Origin: Tubulanus polymorphus
Lineage: Eukaryota > Animalia > Nemertea
Direction: 5' to 3'
DNA length: 64,000 bases
Assembly: GCF_964204645.1 (NCBI RefSeq)
Contig: NC_134029.1
Coordinates: 12,612,850-12,676,849 of the forward strand
The notes under the pieces are model-generated. The model had not been told where the DNA came from and searched no databases. It was given only the letters and a program-made list of their open reading frames with translations. The translations under genes and the position numbers were made by a program. This document shows, piece by piece, positions 37,695 to 50,250 of this stretch (position 1 is its first letter; the number at the start of each line of letters is the position of its first letter).

Positions 37695-37797
37695 GGATTC
37701 TATCATCCGGGATCTTGATAACAAAATGAGTAGCAGTGTAGACTTGAGTAATAGCACTTTCCCATTAATGGCTGCATCTATTTATTATCATGAACAG
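37695..37797 (+). CDS. COPE: Coatomer subunit epsilon, next internal exon
   Basis: ttttcAG|GGATTCT...GAACAG|GTAAG. Phase matches the previous exon (AG+G=Arg). Encodes DSIIRDLDNKMSSSVDLSNSTFPLMAASIYYHEQ, similar to vertebrate DSIVAELDREMSRSVDVTNTTFLLMAASIYLHDQ. Confidence 0.92.
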
Positions 37798-37827
37798 GTA
37801 AGATTGAAAACAAAATTTTTTTAAACA

Positions 37828-38060
37828 CGGGATATCGACAAATTCAGGTTCTGGAATTTCTTGTTAGATGGTGCTAGTCAGAACCGGAAATTGGAACCTA
37901 AATCTGCCATGTTCTAGTTCATTTGCAATAAAAATCTTGTGCTTCAAGTTTTTAGTTAAGAGATATTTTACTTACCATACATCGTCACGCCTAGGCCTAA
38001 TCATTTAAGTATGATATCCTGACAATATCTTGGTTTCGATAAAACCTCACTTCAAATGCT
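37828..38060. mobile_element. Left arm of the MITE family seen complete at 62957-63761
   Basis: CGGGATATCGACAAATTCA..GCTAGTCAGAACCGGAAATTGGAACCTAAATC shared with that element. Confidence 0.75.
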
Positions 38061-38899
38061 AGAGATGGCAAAAATATCTGTTTTTAAAAGCCAATCAGAA
38101 AGCAAAGACTCCTCTATGATTGGCTTAGCCTCAGAGATCAGCAGGTGTTCACGTGAACCCGTGGTATAGTCTACTGTTTTACTTCCGGGTTTTATTTTAA
38201 GATCTAAAATTGTATTTCAATATTGATATCTGTGAAATCATTTGTTGATTTGGTTTTTGGGAGGAATATTTTTTTGCACTACAGAAAATATCATTGACAA
38301 TTGTGCAAAGTCCGGGAAAATAGCTTTTTCTCAAATCGGACGGATGACCTTGAAATGCTAATTAGCCATGTGCTCAAACTGCAAATTCAATCAAATTTTA
38401 TACTGCAAAAAATATCAAATCCAATTCAATTTTACTTTATTGAAAGGTAAATCAGCAAATCCAAAACAATTTTGTTTTATTGAGCAAATTTTAGAAGGTC
38501 AATTCTGTTCCGCATTCATGCAAGTCGGTTGCGATATGACTAGTTCGTGCAAGTTGAACAAATAAAAACATCAAATCCAATTCTATTTTTTTTCATTGAG
38601 CAAATTTAAGAAAATTCAATTCTATTCAGCATTAAAATCAATAAGACCAAGGGAAAAGATTTATCTGAGGTATTTGTTCCTGCCAGATCCAGTCGCTGTC
38701 TGTGCTACTTTTATATTCTACGATTGTATTGTGTAAATTATTAGGTATTGACTCGGAGCTGGGAGTGTATTTTGACAAATTTAACCCACAGAATGCATCA
38801 TCATTTGCCATTTTATGAAAAGCTGACAGGCTGGCCATAGTGCCTCTTGGGGCTCTTGTCTTTCAAACTACATTTCATCAGCTCCTGTCCAAAATTATT

Positions 38900-40620
38900 A
38901 TCAGAAGCATTTATTTGACAATTGTAAAATCTCTGGCTGGAAAGTATTGGCACTCTTCCAATTTGCGCCTTTCATAATCACATCAAGGGACCCCAAGCTG
39001 TATACATTTTTTAAACCGCTGCTCTGCGTGTACTATGCGCCGACCACACACTGATATAGACCCGAGCAGTAGACAGAAAGTTTTTGATCCACCGCGAAAG
39101 CATGTCAGTAGAAACTGGTTTATAAGGCCGGGCAAAACTAATCAGTAACTTAGAATCTGACCTAAATTGCGCCATCAGATGAATATATCTCATGAGGTGC
39201 TTCAGCACACATTAATGTGGTGACCTGGTATTTTGGTTTTTAACACATCTCGTATGGCAAACACAGTTCATCGTTAATGTCCAGGCACAAAAATCCAATT
39301 AACTCAAAGTCTGTAACCTCTGACCAGAAGCCAGCGCCAGCAACGTAACAGTTTTAAAAGTCAAATCCTTCAAGCTAAGTTCAAAGCTAATGTACTCGTG
39401 TACCTTAGAACAACAGACACATCCCACATTTTCGAACATCTCAGAAGTGTCAGTCGCGCTTCAAAAACCCCCTTCATGAAGCGTTTAACTAACGGGTCGT
39501 CACTCAGAGTGGGTCCCCCGATAGCTGAACAAAAACTGGATACTGCTGAACGAGCGGTGTTTAAAGTCCACAGACGAAAAATGCGATCAATACCCCTCGC
39601 ATTACACATGGCTGTCTACTTTAGAGTGTCACCCTTGGAGTTAAAATCAGTGATGGTTCTACCAACATGTGCATTAGACTGGGATACCACAGCTGTTTGT
39701 TCCAGTTTGGTACCACCACTTGACCCTTCTTCGCGGAACTTTTCATGGGTGTCCCCAGGGTTTTTTTTTGGGGAATTCGTTTTTGGGAATGGAGGGAGTC
39801 TGGGGGTCCTTCCCCACAAAATGTTTGAAAATTTTGTGCAAGCAGGCACGTTTTGGTGCAATCAGAGGCGGAAAGGTAGACTGGTTCCTGTTTACTTTGC
39901 ATGTGCCGCCGTTCGTCAACATTTGAAAATACAAAAAAGGGGGTTCGTTTGAAGCACCGAACTCCCCCTAGGGACCCCCACTGCTTGGTTTTTGGGAAAT
40001 GCTTGGATAACACTGAAAGGATGGAAACAATAGAAATTTAAATTTCCCAATGACATGGAAAAAGCATTAATAGCTAGTGCATCAGGATAGATATAGGATA
40101 CGTACGCCTATAGGATACATATGGCTTCAATTGAAAATTTAGCCTAGACGGAAAAAGGTCAATCTGTATTTCACAATCCAAAACATTCTGGATCAATTTA
40201 AAGACAATCGGATTCAATTATCCATTCTTATTACCCGCTTCTCGGTCGGAAAATGTTACCAATTTGGGGCTCCTCTCTGCCAAGGAAGTTCAATAAATGT
40301 TAATTTTATGCCATTCACAATACTCAAAACTTCTCTATGTCTTGTTATTTTATTCCATTCCTCCAGATCGGTTAATGCCATTTTGCTCAGAGGGGTTTTT
40401 GAGTCCCGGCCTCTCAGCAGTTTGTCAGTCATACGGGTGATGCAAACAGCCCTTTTCACAATGGCTCCTTGTAAATGTGCCATCCTCAAATCTCGCTTAA
40501 GGAGAGTCTTGTTTAACCCATTAGCACTCAAGCCGCCCATATCCGCCCTGCCTATTACTCCTCAAGTGCCCACATCCGCCCGGCACTTTTTTCGTATGCT
40601 GAACCCAATATTTCGGATTT
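38900..40620 (-). pseudogene. Degenerate DIRS-type tyrosine-recombinase retrotransposon
   Basis: Gag-like fragment (40256-40540), VVVPNWNKQLWYPSL, TLNTARSAVSSF..LVKRFMKGVFE, LSRWIK..HSTRRAA, IMKGANWKS. Many frameshifts. Confidence 0.82.
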
Positions 40621-41900
40621 GAACCCAATAGCTTATGATGAACTAGAAACCTAAGTCCTTGAAATACCAGACAGAAATCAACATCCTCCCATTTCAATTT
40701 CTTGAGTATTTCGAATTTGAACAGGTCACATCTGAGCGCTCACTTCAAATCCAAGTAAGTTTGGATGAATTTCGGGGGCCAAAAGGACATGATTTTGGTG
40801 GCCCACCTCATCAAATCTTACATCATAGCCTTGACTATTTACTACAAAGCCTTGACTTTTTACTACAAAAAAACACTAACTTGCAAGATGGCCGTCCTAT
40901 GACCTTTTAAGTGCCCAAAAATGTCAATTTTGGCCGGGATTGTGGGTCCTGTAGCTTCGTACTGGTTTGCCATTTCTCATTGCAATTTGTGATGGGTATG
41001 CTTTAGAATTCTTTAGAAAGGGATGTTTTAGACAGGTATTTTTGATCAGCCAATTATGATGCAATTGGCGGCCATCTTGGTGTCATCAGTACTCATTTGT
41101 AGGTTGGAAAAAGTTTCTCCACATTACCTAAGCATATTGTGTTAATATAATCAATTGGAAAGTTGTAGCCCATAAAGTGTTCTATGATGTTAGTGAGTTT
41201 CGAGGTCATTGGTTTGTGTATATGGCCACCAGGGGGTGTTGAATAATACAATAACTTAGGGTATTTCTATATTATATTTGAACCTTTGTATATTTTGTTA
41301 CCACAATCAATTGCAAAGTTGTAGCTCATGACATCTTCCATGATTTTGGTGAGTTTTAAGGACATTAGTTATTCTATATGGTCACCAGGGGGCATTGATT
41401 AGTATTTCCTTATTAGATTGGTACCCAGGCATATTTTGTTACCATGATCAATTACAAAGTTGTAGCTCATGACATTGTCTATGATTGTGGTGAGTTTTTA
41501 AGGAAATCAGTGATTCTATATAGTCACCAGGGGGCTTGAATAGTAGAATAACTTAGTATTTCCTTGTTAGGTACGTACCTAGGCGTATTTTGTTACCATG
41601 ATCAATTGCAAAGTTGTAGTTCATGACATGTTTAGTATAGTATAGTAGTTTATTTGTCACCATCAATATGTACAAGATTAATAATAACAATAGTAAATTA
41701 CAAACAATGAGGTGACAGGAGCCTGAACAGAGCCATAAAGGCTGTATATCCAAAAGGATGTTCAGACACCTTGAACACAAAGAACAAATTAAAGAAAAGA
41801 ACAAATGAAGAGGGATGAGTTGATGAAAAATTAAGATAAATTTAAATCATGCAGACGTGTATGAATTAGGATAGTATTTTGTATAAGTATCTATTTTGTA

Positions 41901-44900
41901 TCAATATTGGTTAAAAATATCTCTTTTGAACCTACTAACGAGGGTGTTTATAGTTGGAGCGGACTTAATGAGTAAAGGTTGACTTTGCCAAATTGAAGGA
42001 ACTTTACAGAGGAATGACTTATTCAAAATGCTGGTTTTGTGCAGGGATGAGAATTCCCCGCGGATCCGCGGTTTCCCGCGGATTTCAGTATTGAAAAATA
42101 TCGATTTTCCAAATAGTCCAAAAATGATGTAAAAGTATGGGGGGGGGGGGTTGATGATCTCACTCAATTGGTCCGGCGCGATTGGTAATCAGGTGAACCG
42201 TAAAAGCGTTCAGTGCCTGTTTTACTTATCGTCACGTAAAAGTATCGCATTTCAATGCATATTCATTGCAACACAGTGATTTTGTATGTACATTTGTACT
42301 ACGATGAGTGTGTAGCCTATGTGTTTTATCGATCGGTTGCAGACACTCACGCACAGCAACAGTAGTAACGTATATAGGTCTACTTACTGTTGCTGCGTGT
42401 GTGTGGCGAACGCTTTCGGATATTATACACTACTTGGTGATGATTTTTAGTGAGCATTCATCGGCGCATTTTTACTGCAATAATTCAGGGCTCGACCCGT
42501 AATGCATGAGATGCTGAATGTCATCAAATGAGGATGTACCACATTGGAACTAGCCATTACCTTCCAAAATATAATAGTCGTTCATGGGTTCAAGATCGCT
42601 CTAAGTGCTCGGAAAACGTATTAAATTTCTAAAATTTTCTTGGGGGTGGGCCCCCAAACCCCCCCGAAATAGCTTCGCGCCTTAGGCGCTCGCTGGTTCG
42701 CGTATGTCACTCGAGAAAAATAACCCGCGGATTTTACAGGTCGGCGTTCTCATCCCTGTTTGTGGGCTTGGATTCTAGGGTGGTTTCGAGCTCTAGTATT
42801 ATATCTATGATTAAAGGAATTTCTATTGAATAAATTTACAATTGGTTGCGGAAGTTGGTTATAAACAAATCCATATGCAAGTTTGATAAGTTCTAAGTTT
42901 ATCATATCTTCAAACTTCAGAATCGTGAACTTTTTAAAAAGAGGTGAGGTAGAGGCGTTGTATTTAGCACAACCAATAACACGGATTGCTTTCTTTTGTA
43001 ATTTGGTTAAAACATTGACTTGCTTCTTTGAGATTAATGGGCCCCAGAGAGATAAACAGTATGCTAGATGAGAGTTTATGTAACTGAAGTAAAGCAATCG
43101 CTTTGACCAGCTTGGTAAAAGATTTTTCACACATTTCAATAGGTAAATATTCTTATTCAGCTTAGAACAAAGAGATTTCACGTTACTTTCAAATGTAAGT
43201 TTATCATCAATCCAGCAGTCCTAAAAATCTATGCGCATGAACAAACTCGATTTGGCTATTTTCAAATTTTAAAGTGGGATTGTCAATTCTTAGATGATGT
43301 GGTTTAATACAAAGTCCAGCAGATTTTGTTATATTGAGCGTGAGTTTATTTGCCCTGAACCAATTCATAGCAATTTTGAAGTCGTCACTTAGATGTTTAG
43401 TTATTTTTTCAGTCTTTCCCTACAATTAGAAGTGTGTCGTCGGCAAATAAAATAGCTTTGAGGTTGTCTAGATTATGACTAAGATCGTTTATATACAACA
43501 AAAATAGGAGTGGCCCCAAAACCGATCCCTGCGGAACTCCGTAATCAACAGTGTTGATTTCCGATTCAAAGCTATTATATTTGACATAAATTTTCCGTCC
43601 ATTTAAATAACTCTTGAACCAATCATATGCAATTCCCCGAATTCCATAATGATAAAGTTTGTTTAATAAAATATCTATGTCAAGTGAATCAAATGCTTTA
43701 GACAAGTCAAGGAATATTCCAATTGCTTTGTCATTATTATCCAACCCACTTATACAATTCCCTAATAATTCCATAATGGCATGAGTGGTGCAGTGATTGT
43801 GACGAAATCCATATTGACTATTCTAAATGTTATTAGATTTGATTAGGAAGCGGTAAAGCCTAGCGTGCATAATTTTTTCTAGAATCTTAGATAATACAGG
43901 TAAGAGAGAAATCGGTCTATAGTTAGTTTGCTCCTTTTTTGAACCTCCTTTATGTAGCGGAATAACTTAGGCTACTTTCATATTTTCAGGTACATGCCCT
44001 TCAACTAAAGACTTATTGAATACAATTGATAACGGTTGACTGATTTGATTTGCAATGAATTTCAGAAAGTAATTACTTAAGTCATCGTGACCAGAGCTAT
44101 TCTTATTAGGCAAATAATTGATGAATTTAATTATTTCCTCGGGTCCAGTTGGAAATATAAAAATAGAACTTGTATTAGAGCCATCTAAAAAAGATTCATA
44201 ATTTTCACTCGAATGACGTATCTTCTCAGCATAGGATTTACCAACAGAACTAAAAAACTGACAGAATGAGTTGGCAATTACAAACGGGTCCTTGACTGGT
44301 TGACCTTGAATATCAAAAGTATCACTTATAATAGAACTCTTGTCATTGTGTTTACCTATAGAACATCTTAAAATATTCCACAGTTTTCTACTATCACGTT
44401 TAAAGGTTTCCACTCTGTTAGAATAATAAGTTTTTTTGCAGCTCTTTTTAAATGATTGTACTTGTTTCTATATGATATATAATTTTTGTATTTTACACTA
44501 CTCTTATCTGTACCAATGATTGCTTTATATAATCTGTCGCATTTCTTTGAGCATTTTAAAAGGCCGGGAGTCATCCAAGGTTCAATGATTTTGACTGATT
44601 TGAGTTTCTTAGTTTGTTTTGGGGCAATTTCATCCAATATATCATGCAATTTGTTTATTATGAGATTGTAGCCGTTTTCAGAATTCATAGTTTCAAGATT
44701 ATTCCAATTAAACTTAGTCGTATTCTGTTAATGTTTCCTTCATTTAGGTCTCTGACATGAATTCTTTCTTGTGTTATTGTTTTATGAGTAACTTTTTTGA
44801 TTGAAAGTACGCATGGCAAATGGTCAGAGGAATGTGTTAATAAGATTGCAGATTTTGCAGAACAAATATCTTGACTAACATAGATATTATCGATAAGTGT

Positions 44901-45632
44901 TGCTGTGTTTTTAGTTATTCTAGTAGGTCTTATAATAGTTGGTAAAAGGCCATTGTTTACGTTGATTTCAAAAAACTTATTTGTATTATGATGACTATTT
45001 ATTTTCAAGTAATCCAGATTTTGATCCATCCCTATCACAACTGACTTATTTTCAGAGTCTAGTGTATTTGTTATGAGTTGATAATAATCACTTAAAAACT
45101 GTTTTTCACTTTTACCCGGCACGCGATAAATTTCTCCAATAATCAAATTTTTAGAATCACAACAATTAATCTCAATGAAACAGCTTTCAAAAAATCCTTC
45201 TTTGAATATACTAAGGTCATCCCTGGTATTGAATGAAATACTATCTTTTATATAAATACAAACACCACCACAAGCCATTGACTTGCGATGTTTCTCAACC
45301 ATAACATACCCAGGTATCTTACAAAGGGACTTATTATTATTGGTGATAAACGTTTCACATAGTAAAAGTACATCAATTTCGAATTGTTTCCTCTTACAAT
45401 TATCGATCAATAGCTTAACATCATTTAACTTGCTGAAGACACTATGAATATTGTGGTGAACTATATTAAATTTTGAATCACCTGTTCCAATAGATCCAAT
45501 TTCAGATACATCTAGATAAGGACAATCAGATCCGGTTAAACTAAAATCTTCGTCTATTAGATTATTCAAGTTAAACTGTTCCATAGTCTCAAGATCACTC
45601 ATCCGCTTATCAAAAATATTATTCAAACACAT
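41901..45632 (-). pseudogene. LINE ORF2 (APE endonuclease plus RT), frameshifted and interrupted
   Basis: HHNIHS, LLCETF, GEIYRVP, LIDNIY, SDHLP, PWMT, FLDLSKAFD, GVPQGSVLGPLLFLLYINDL, FADDT. Confidence 0.93.
42042..42758. mobile_element. Non-autonomous hAT-like element with 6-bp TSD inside LINE ORF2
   Basis: TIR CAGGGATGAGAA/TTCTCATCCCTG, subterminal CCGCGG repeats, TTTGTG duplicated (42036-42041, 42759-42764). Removal restores ...QAHKTSILNKSF. Confidence 0.88.
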
Positions 45633-45845
45633 TGATCAGCATTATAAGTCTCGCAGTAGTAATGTACTATTCTTATCCTGCATGAATTCAAAAACATGAT
45701 ATAATGAACATGTAAAATGAACGTGGTCATAGCTATTATGGAACCAGAATAAACAATAGAATTTCCGTTCTATATGACGAGTCATTGTTTTCGCAAAACA
45801 ATTATTGGTTGGCGCGCCCAGAGTTTTCGAAACTAAGCGAACTCG

Positions 45846-46829
45846 TTATTTTTTACCATTCAGGATTCTACCAAATTCCGCGTAACCGTTTACGTTAAAC
45901 TTTTTCCCATTAATGATCGCAGTAATCCGACCGTCAAACGACCATGACGCGCTCACGTTTTCATGGTTGTATAAGAACTTTAGAAATTCCGCTCTACATT
46001 TTGTGAGATCCTCGCAAATACGGGTTTTCGTACCTTTGAGGTTACGCCTTTGTTTGAGTACGCGTTCTTTGTCCAGATGTCTACCGAACTTAATGATGAG
46101 TGGTCGCGGTACTCGGGGATCGATAGACGGTTTACCAATCCTATGCGCGCGATCGATTAGATTGTCTGAAATTAAAATATCCAATTTTTCTTTGAAAAAA
46201 AATGAGGTGCATTTGGTAACTGAATCTTCATCGATACTCTCCGTTAAGCCAAAAATCCGAACTGAATTACGCCTTGTGTACATTTCTAGTTCTTCTGCGT
46301 AAGCTTCGAGATCTCTAGTTTGAGCCTGGCTGTTGGAACCTTTATTTTCCAGTTCGACAATTTGTTGCTTGATGAGATTTACAGAAGCACTCATTTTCTC
46401 GACGGCTGTCTCCATATGACTTTTGAGATCGTCCTGTGATTTCCCGAGATCAAACATAAGAGAATCCAATCTGTCCATCTTATCGTTTATAATGATCGTT
46501 AATTCCCTCCTAAACGACGAAAGCACCGAGTTGACCAACGATTCTAGAATACTGCGGACACCTTTGCTGTTGAGGACTTCTAAAATCTTTACATCCAAAA
46601 GTTCGTCCTGTAGAGATCGTTCGGAAGGCAGGGTCTCAAAAACATCATCGGCTGCAGTTTTTTCGTTTTCATTTTCATAGACTGGTTCTTGATGAGAACG
46701 GGTTCTGGTTGAGTGTCTTTTACGATCCGGTTCATTGGATGCGTTGGAACTTGCAGAGCCGGAGCTGTTTCGACTTTGTTTACGTTTTGTTCTGCCCATT
46801 GTCGGATCTGGCTTGACAACTATGAGCAA
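45846..46829 (-). CDS. LINE ORF1 (coiled coil plus L1-ORF1-type RRM/CTD), open
   Basis: LEMYTRRNSVRIFGL, IDRAHRIG, PRPLIIKF, ICEDLT, WSFDGRI. Likely ATG at ~46799 (MGRTKRK). Confidence 0.88.
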   Translation of the reverse strand: MLIVVKPDPTMGRTKRKQSRNSSGSASSNASNEPDRKRHSTRTRSHQEPVYENENEKTAADDVFETLPSERSLQDELLDVKILEVLNSKGVRSILESLVNSVLSSFRRELTIIINDKMDRLDSLMFDLGKSQDDLKSHMETAVEKMSASVNLIKQQIVELENKGSNSQAQTRDLEAYAEELEMYTRRNSVRIFGLTESIDEDSVTKCTSFFFKEKLDILISDNLIDRAHRIGKPSIDPRVPRPLIIKFGRHLDKERVLKQRRNLKGTKTRICEDLTKCRAEFLKFLYNHENVSASWSFDGRITAIINGKKFNVNGYAEFGRILNGKK

Positions 46830-48628
46830 ACACGAGTACGAGTCACCTCTTAGCGCAAGTTCACGTTATATCGCCATGTATGGCGTCGGATTCAAATGAA
46901 TTTTAATAATAAATCCATATGATCGATTCGTAAATAATGATCACCGATATTTTGTCGATGTGCTAATTACATCCTCATTAGCGTTTTGGAATCCTTAACG
47001 ATTCAGTGTGAAAATCCATCCGGTTCCAGTGAAAGAACTTGCTAAAAACTCATGTTTAACGGAACCAACAAAAAACGTGTCTGCCCCCGGCAAAGCCTCG
47101 GCAGTGAAATGTTTTATAATTGTGGTGAGTTTCAAGGTCATTGGGTTTTGCATATGGTCACCAGGGGGCATTGAGTAGAGTAACTTAGTATTTCCTTATT
47201 AAATTGGTAACGAGGCATATTTTGTTGTCACAATCAATTATAGAATCGTAGCTGCTGACACGTTCTATAATTGTGGTGGGTTTGGAGGTCATTGGTTTTT
47301 ATATATGGTCACCAGGGGGCGTTATATATTGAAATTGTTAGATTGTTGAGCATTTGAAACCACTGCCCAAATGGGCATGGTGTCCCTGGACCCCTAGTTT
47401 ATGTAGTGTGGTCTTTGGGAAAGCTAAAATGGGCTTGTCTTTTCATGTAAAGATATATTAACAGAAAATAAACATTATCCCCACATAGCCTATACCATCT
47501 TAACTATTTAAAACTTGTTACATTGTTACAATGTGAATCTGTCTATAAAACTTTGAATACTGGTTCATTCTTTTTCTACTGTGTCATGAAGGTATAAGGC
47601 CCGTGGGCCTCTTGTTATGCTACAGCTGAGCTCTGCCATAAAGCCTTTTCTTTGGCCCATCTGGTTTTTGTCAATGGCCTGGCTGATTGATAATCATTTG
47701 TATGCTTAAAGAGCTTATGCCATCAAAATCAAATATTGTGTAAAATTCATTTTAAAATGTGATGTATTCACAAATTTCAAATATGAAACTGGTTTGAATT
47801 ATAGTTCAGCCATTACTGAGAAATATGACTTTTAAATCGGCAATTTCAGCACGTGCTCACTGTTATTATTTATCTTAGCAGGTGCGTGTTTTTTGAAGTC
47901 ATCTCTGACAAACGCTCGCAGCTTCCAGTCATTTCACTAGATATTTCATGCAATATTTTATCATTTGGGAGTGATTTCAATTAATAAACTCTTACCGTTG
48001 TATAGTGTTGCTACTGTTGTATATGACATGATAATCGTATATAAGTGAGTAGCGCTGTAGGTCAGTGAATACGGTAAACAAATGATGTTTATTTTATCGA
48101 TTATACATAGGCTACGCATACTAGCGCGCTCACGTGCTTGTTAGCATTGGTTGACGTCTATGACGTCATGCCAATGCTAGTAAAATGGATGGAAAATAGT
48201 AGTACGAAAAAATAGCGCCGACTCTTCTCATTTTCATAGTAACTTCAAATTGTCACTCCGTTCACGTAAAACATTAGAAACAGCTGAAAATGATTAAAAA
48301 AAAATGTTTCAATTATTCCCCACAACATAGCGTCGCCAGATTTCTGATTTAATGGTCCAAAAAGTTATTCGATCGCATTTTTCTCATTCATTATCTGGTA
48401 GATGAGAGCAGGTTAAACAATCGCGTAGCAATATGTCCGCATTGACATTGGCAGTAAAGAATGGGGAACAGCCTCTTCTGAATAGAAAAACATAAAATTA
48501 TGTACCTCCGGTTTATAAATATCACAGTGTTTTGATATCACTGTTATTCCAACTATCAGTATTCATGGGATTATTTGGGATTAATTCTCAGCGTCAGAAT
48601 ACGTATTTCTAGAGCAGTGGAACGACAG

Positions 48629-49499
48629 TGTAACGTCGTTAATATATTTGTGACTTTCTTAGTATCACTTGTGATAGGGGAAATCTAGCTAAGTAGAGCG
48701 ACAACCAAAGAAACACGTAAACACCTGAAATTCCGAGAGGAGAAGCAATGTTAGTTTATTGAACCATCAGATGAAACTCTATGCAATAATACATGTAGCT
48801 ATTTCATATAAATCACAATTAATCAATTTACTAAATATACAATCGTTTAGCTAAACTTACATATAAATATATATAAATATTTTCATATTAATAATATAAT
48901 AATACGTATTTATGGTTTGGATATCGCAAGCTCAAATATCAAAATAAACTTTATAAAGAGGCCTGAACATATAAAAATAATAAGGTTTAGATCTTACCTG
49001 AAATTCCGAGAGGAGAAGCAATGTTAGTTTATTGAACCATCAGATGAAACTGACCATTTTCGGACAGTTCTCAACCTTGATGGTTTTGGCTCCTCCCCTT
49101 GGATCAGGGCACATACTCAAAATCTCATTGGCTAAGGGTCTCGTTACCCTGGCGATCTGTGTTGTGTTAGTTTGTGAGCACCAAACATTTGGAGTAATTA
49201 TCAACGTATTGTCTTAAAGATTTGCTCGACTAGTTTTGTCGAGCTGTGAACAATATGTGTCCAGACAGTTCGTCTCTCTTTTAAAACAAAGGACAGATGT
49301 CATAAAGTTATATACGCTTTATACTAGATGTAACTTGAAAGAAATACACTTTCTAAAAAAATAATAATTCAAGGAAATTGTCATCATAATTAGAAAGCTG
49401 AACTAACGCTGATTAAAACTATGTCCAATATGATGTATGTAACATATATAATTGATGAATAACGTATAGAAATGAATTAGTAAAATAGAGCTTGTTATA
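48629..49499 (-). repeat. Gypsy 3' LTR (871 bp, includes a 273-bp extra segment)
   Basis: Matches 58235-58832 except one visible substitution and a 56-bp duplication plus 217-bp insert. Confidence 0.95.
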
Positions 49500-49508
49500 T
49501 CCTCCCCT
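49500..49508 (-). other. Polypurine tract
   Basis: AGGGGAGGA abutting the 3' LTR on the minus strand. Confidence 0.85.
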
Positions 49509-50250
49509 AGTATATCTTTGGCTTTCGTCCCCGAAAGCGCGAAGAAAAAATGAACATTATATGTGAAAAGTTTATAGCGAACACAACATTACGCGAACAC
49601 ACTGAACGCAAATATACCATAAATGAACCATAAGGATAAACATGCAAAATATACAAGTGAAAAGAAAGCAATTGATTTAAAAATGCCATAACATAATGCG
49701 TTAGGCGTATATAATATTTTTTTTTTTTTTTTTTTAAAGAAACTAACCCCATATTTAATATTTATACATGTATTAATGAACAAGATATCATAAACATTGT
49801 AGCTACTAGTGGCTATACTGTTGCCGCGGCTTCTTAGGAGCCTATTAACATACATACGTAGTAATTAGCATATTATTTTGGTCAGTATCGGAAACAAATA
49901 GCGCAATACTGAAATTACAAGTACTGTACTGACAGAAGAAGTTTTTCTGTTTGACATAATGAGATATTATTTTATATCATTCATTTGTTATACGTTTGAT
50001 TTCATTCAGTACCTTGTAGCTAAAGATAAATACACATATTATTATTTGATAACACAAAGTCATACATTTCGTTACCATAGTCACATTAATCGTTTAACAT
50101 TCTGGTACATGGACCATGCATCAATTGACATAAACATACAGAATAATTTTGAAATAACACGATGTCATAATAAAGTAATAATAATGAGATCTAACATACG
50201 TGTGGAGCAGTATATATACATCAACTAAGTATGTTACTTGTAAATTTCGA

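Larger units (their letters stand above)
41634..47104 (-). mobile_element. Apparently full-length CR1/L2-group LINE (Crack/Daphne-like), decayed
   Basis: 5' UTR, ORF1, ORF2, AATAAA and (CTATA)n tail at 41634-41655. Possible TSD TGA(C/A)ATGTTT. Confidence 0.88.
40878..47400 (+). mobile_element. HINE family A copy split by a LINE inserted in its ~155-bp repeat array
   Basis: 40878-41633 and 47105-47330 continue the same repeat unit on either side of the LINE. Confidence 0.7.

Noticed and set aside
39720-40010. Cluster of overlapping ORFs within the DIRS relic
   Set aside because: Homopolymer-rich, degenerate or low-quality sequence, not credible genes.
48996-49051. Spliced-leader RNA gene (short exon followed by GTAAG)
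   Set aside because: The 'exon' is an integral part of both LTRs and I see no clear Sm site or SL stem-loops.
49032-49217. Identical 61-aa ORFs at 49032 and 58365
   Set aside because: Antisense, non-ATG ORFs duplicated only because they lie in the LTRs.
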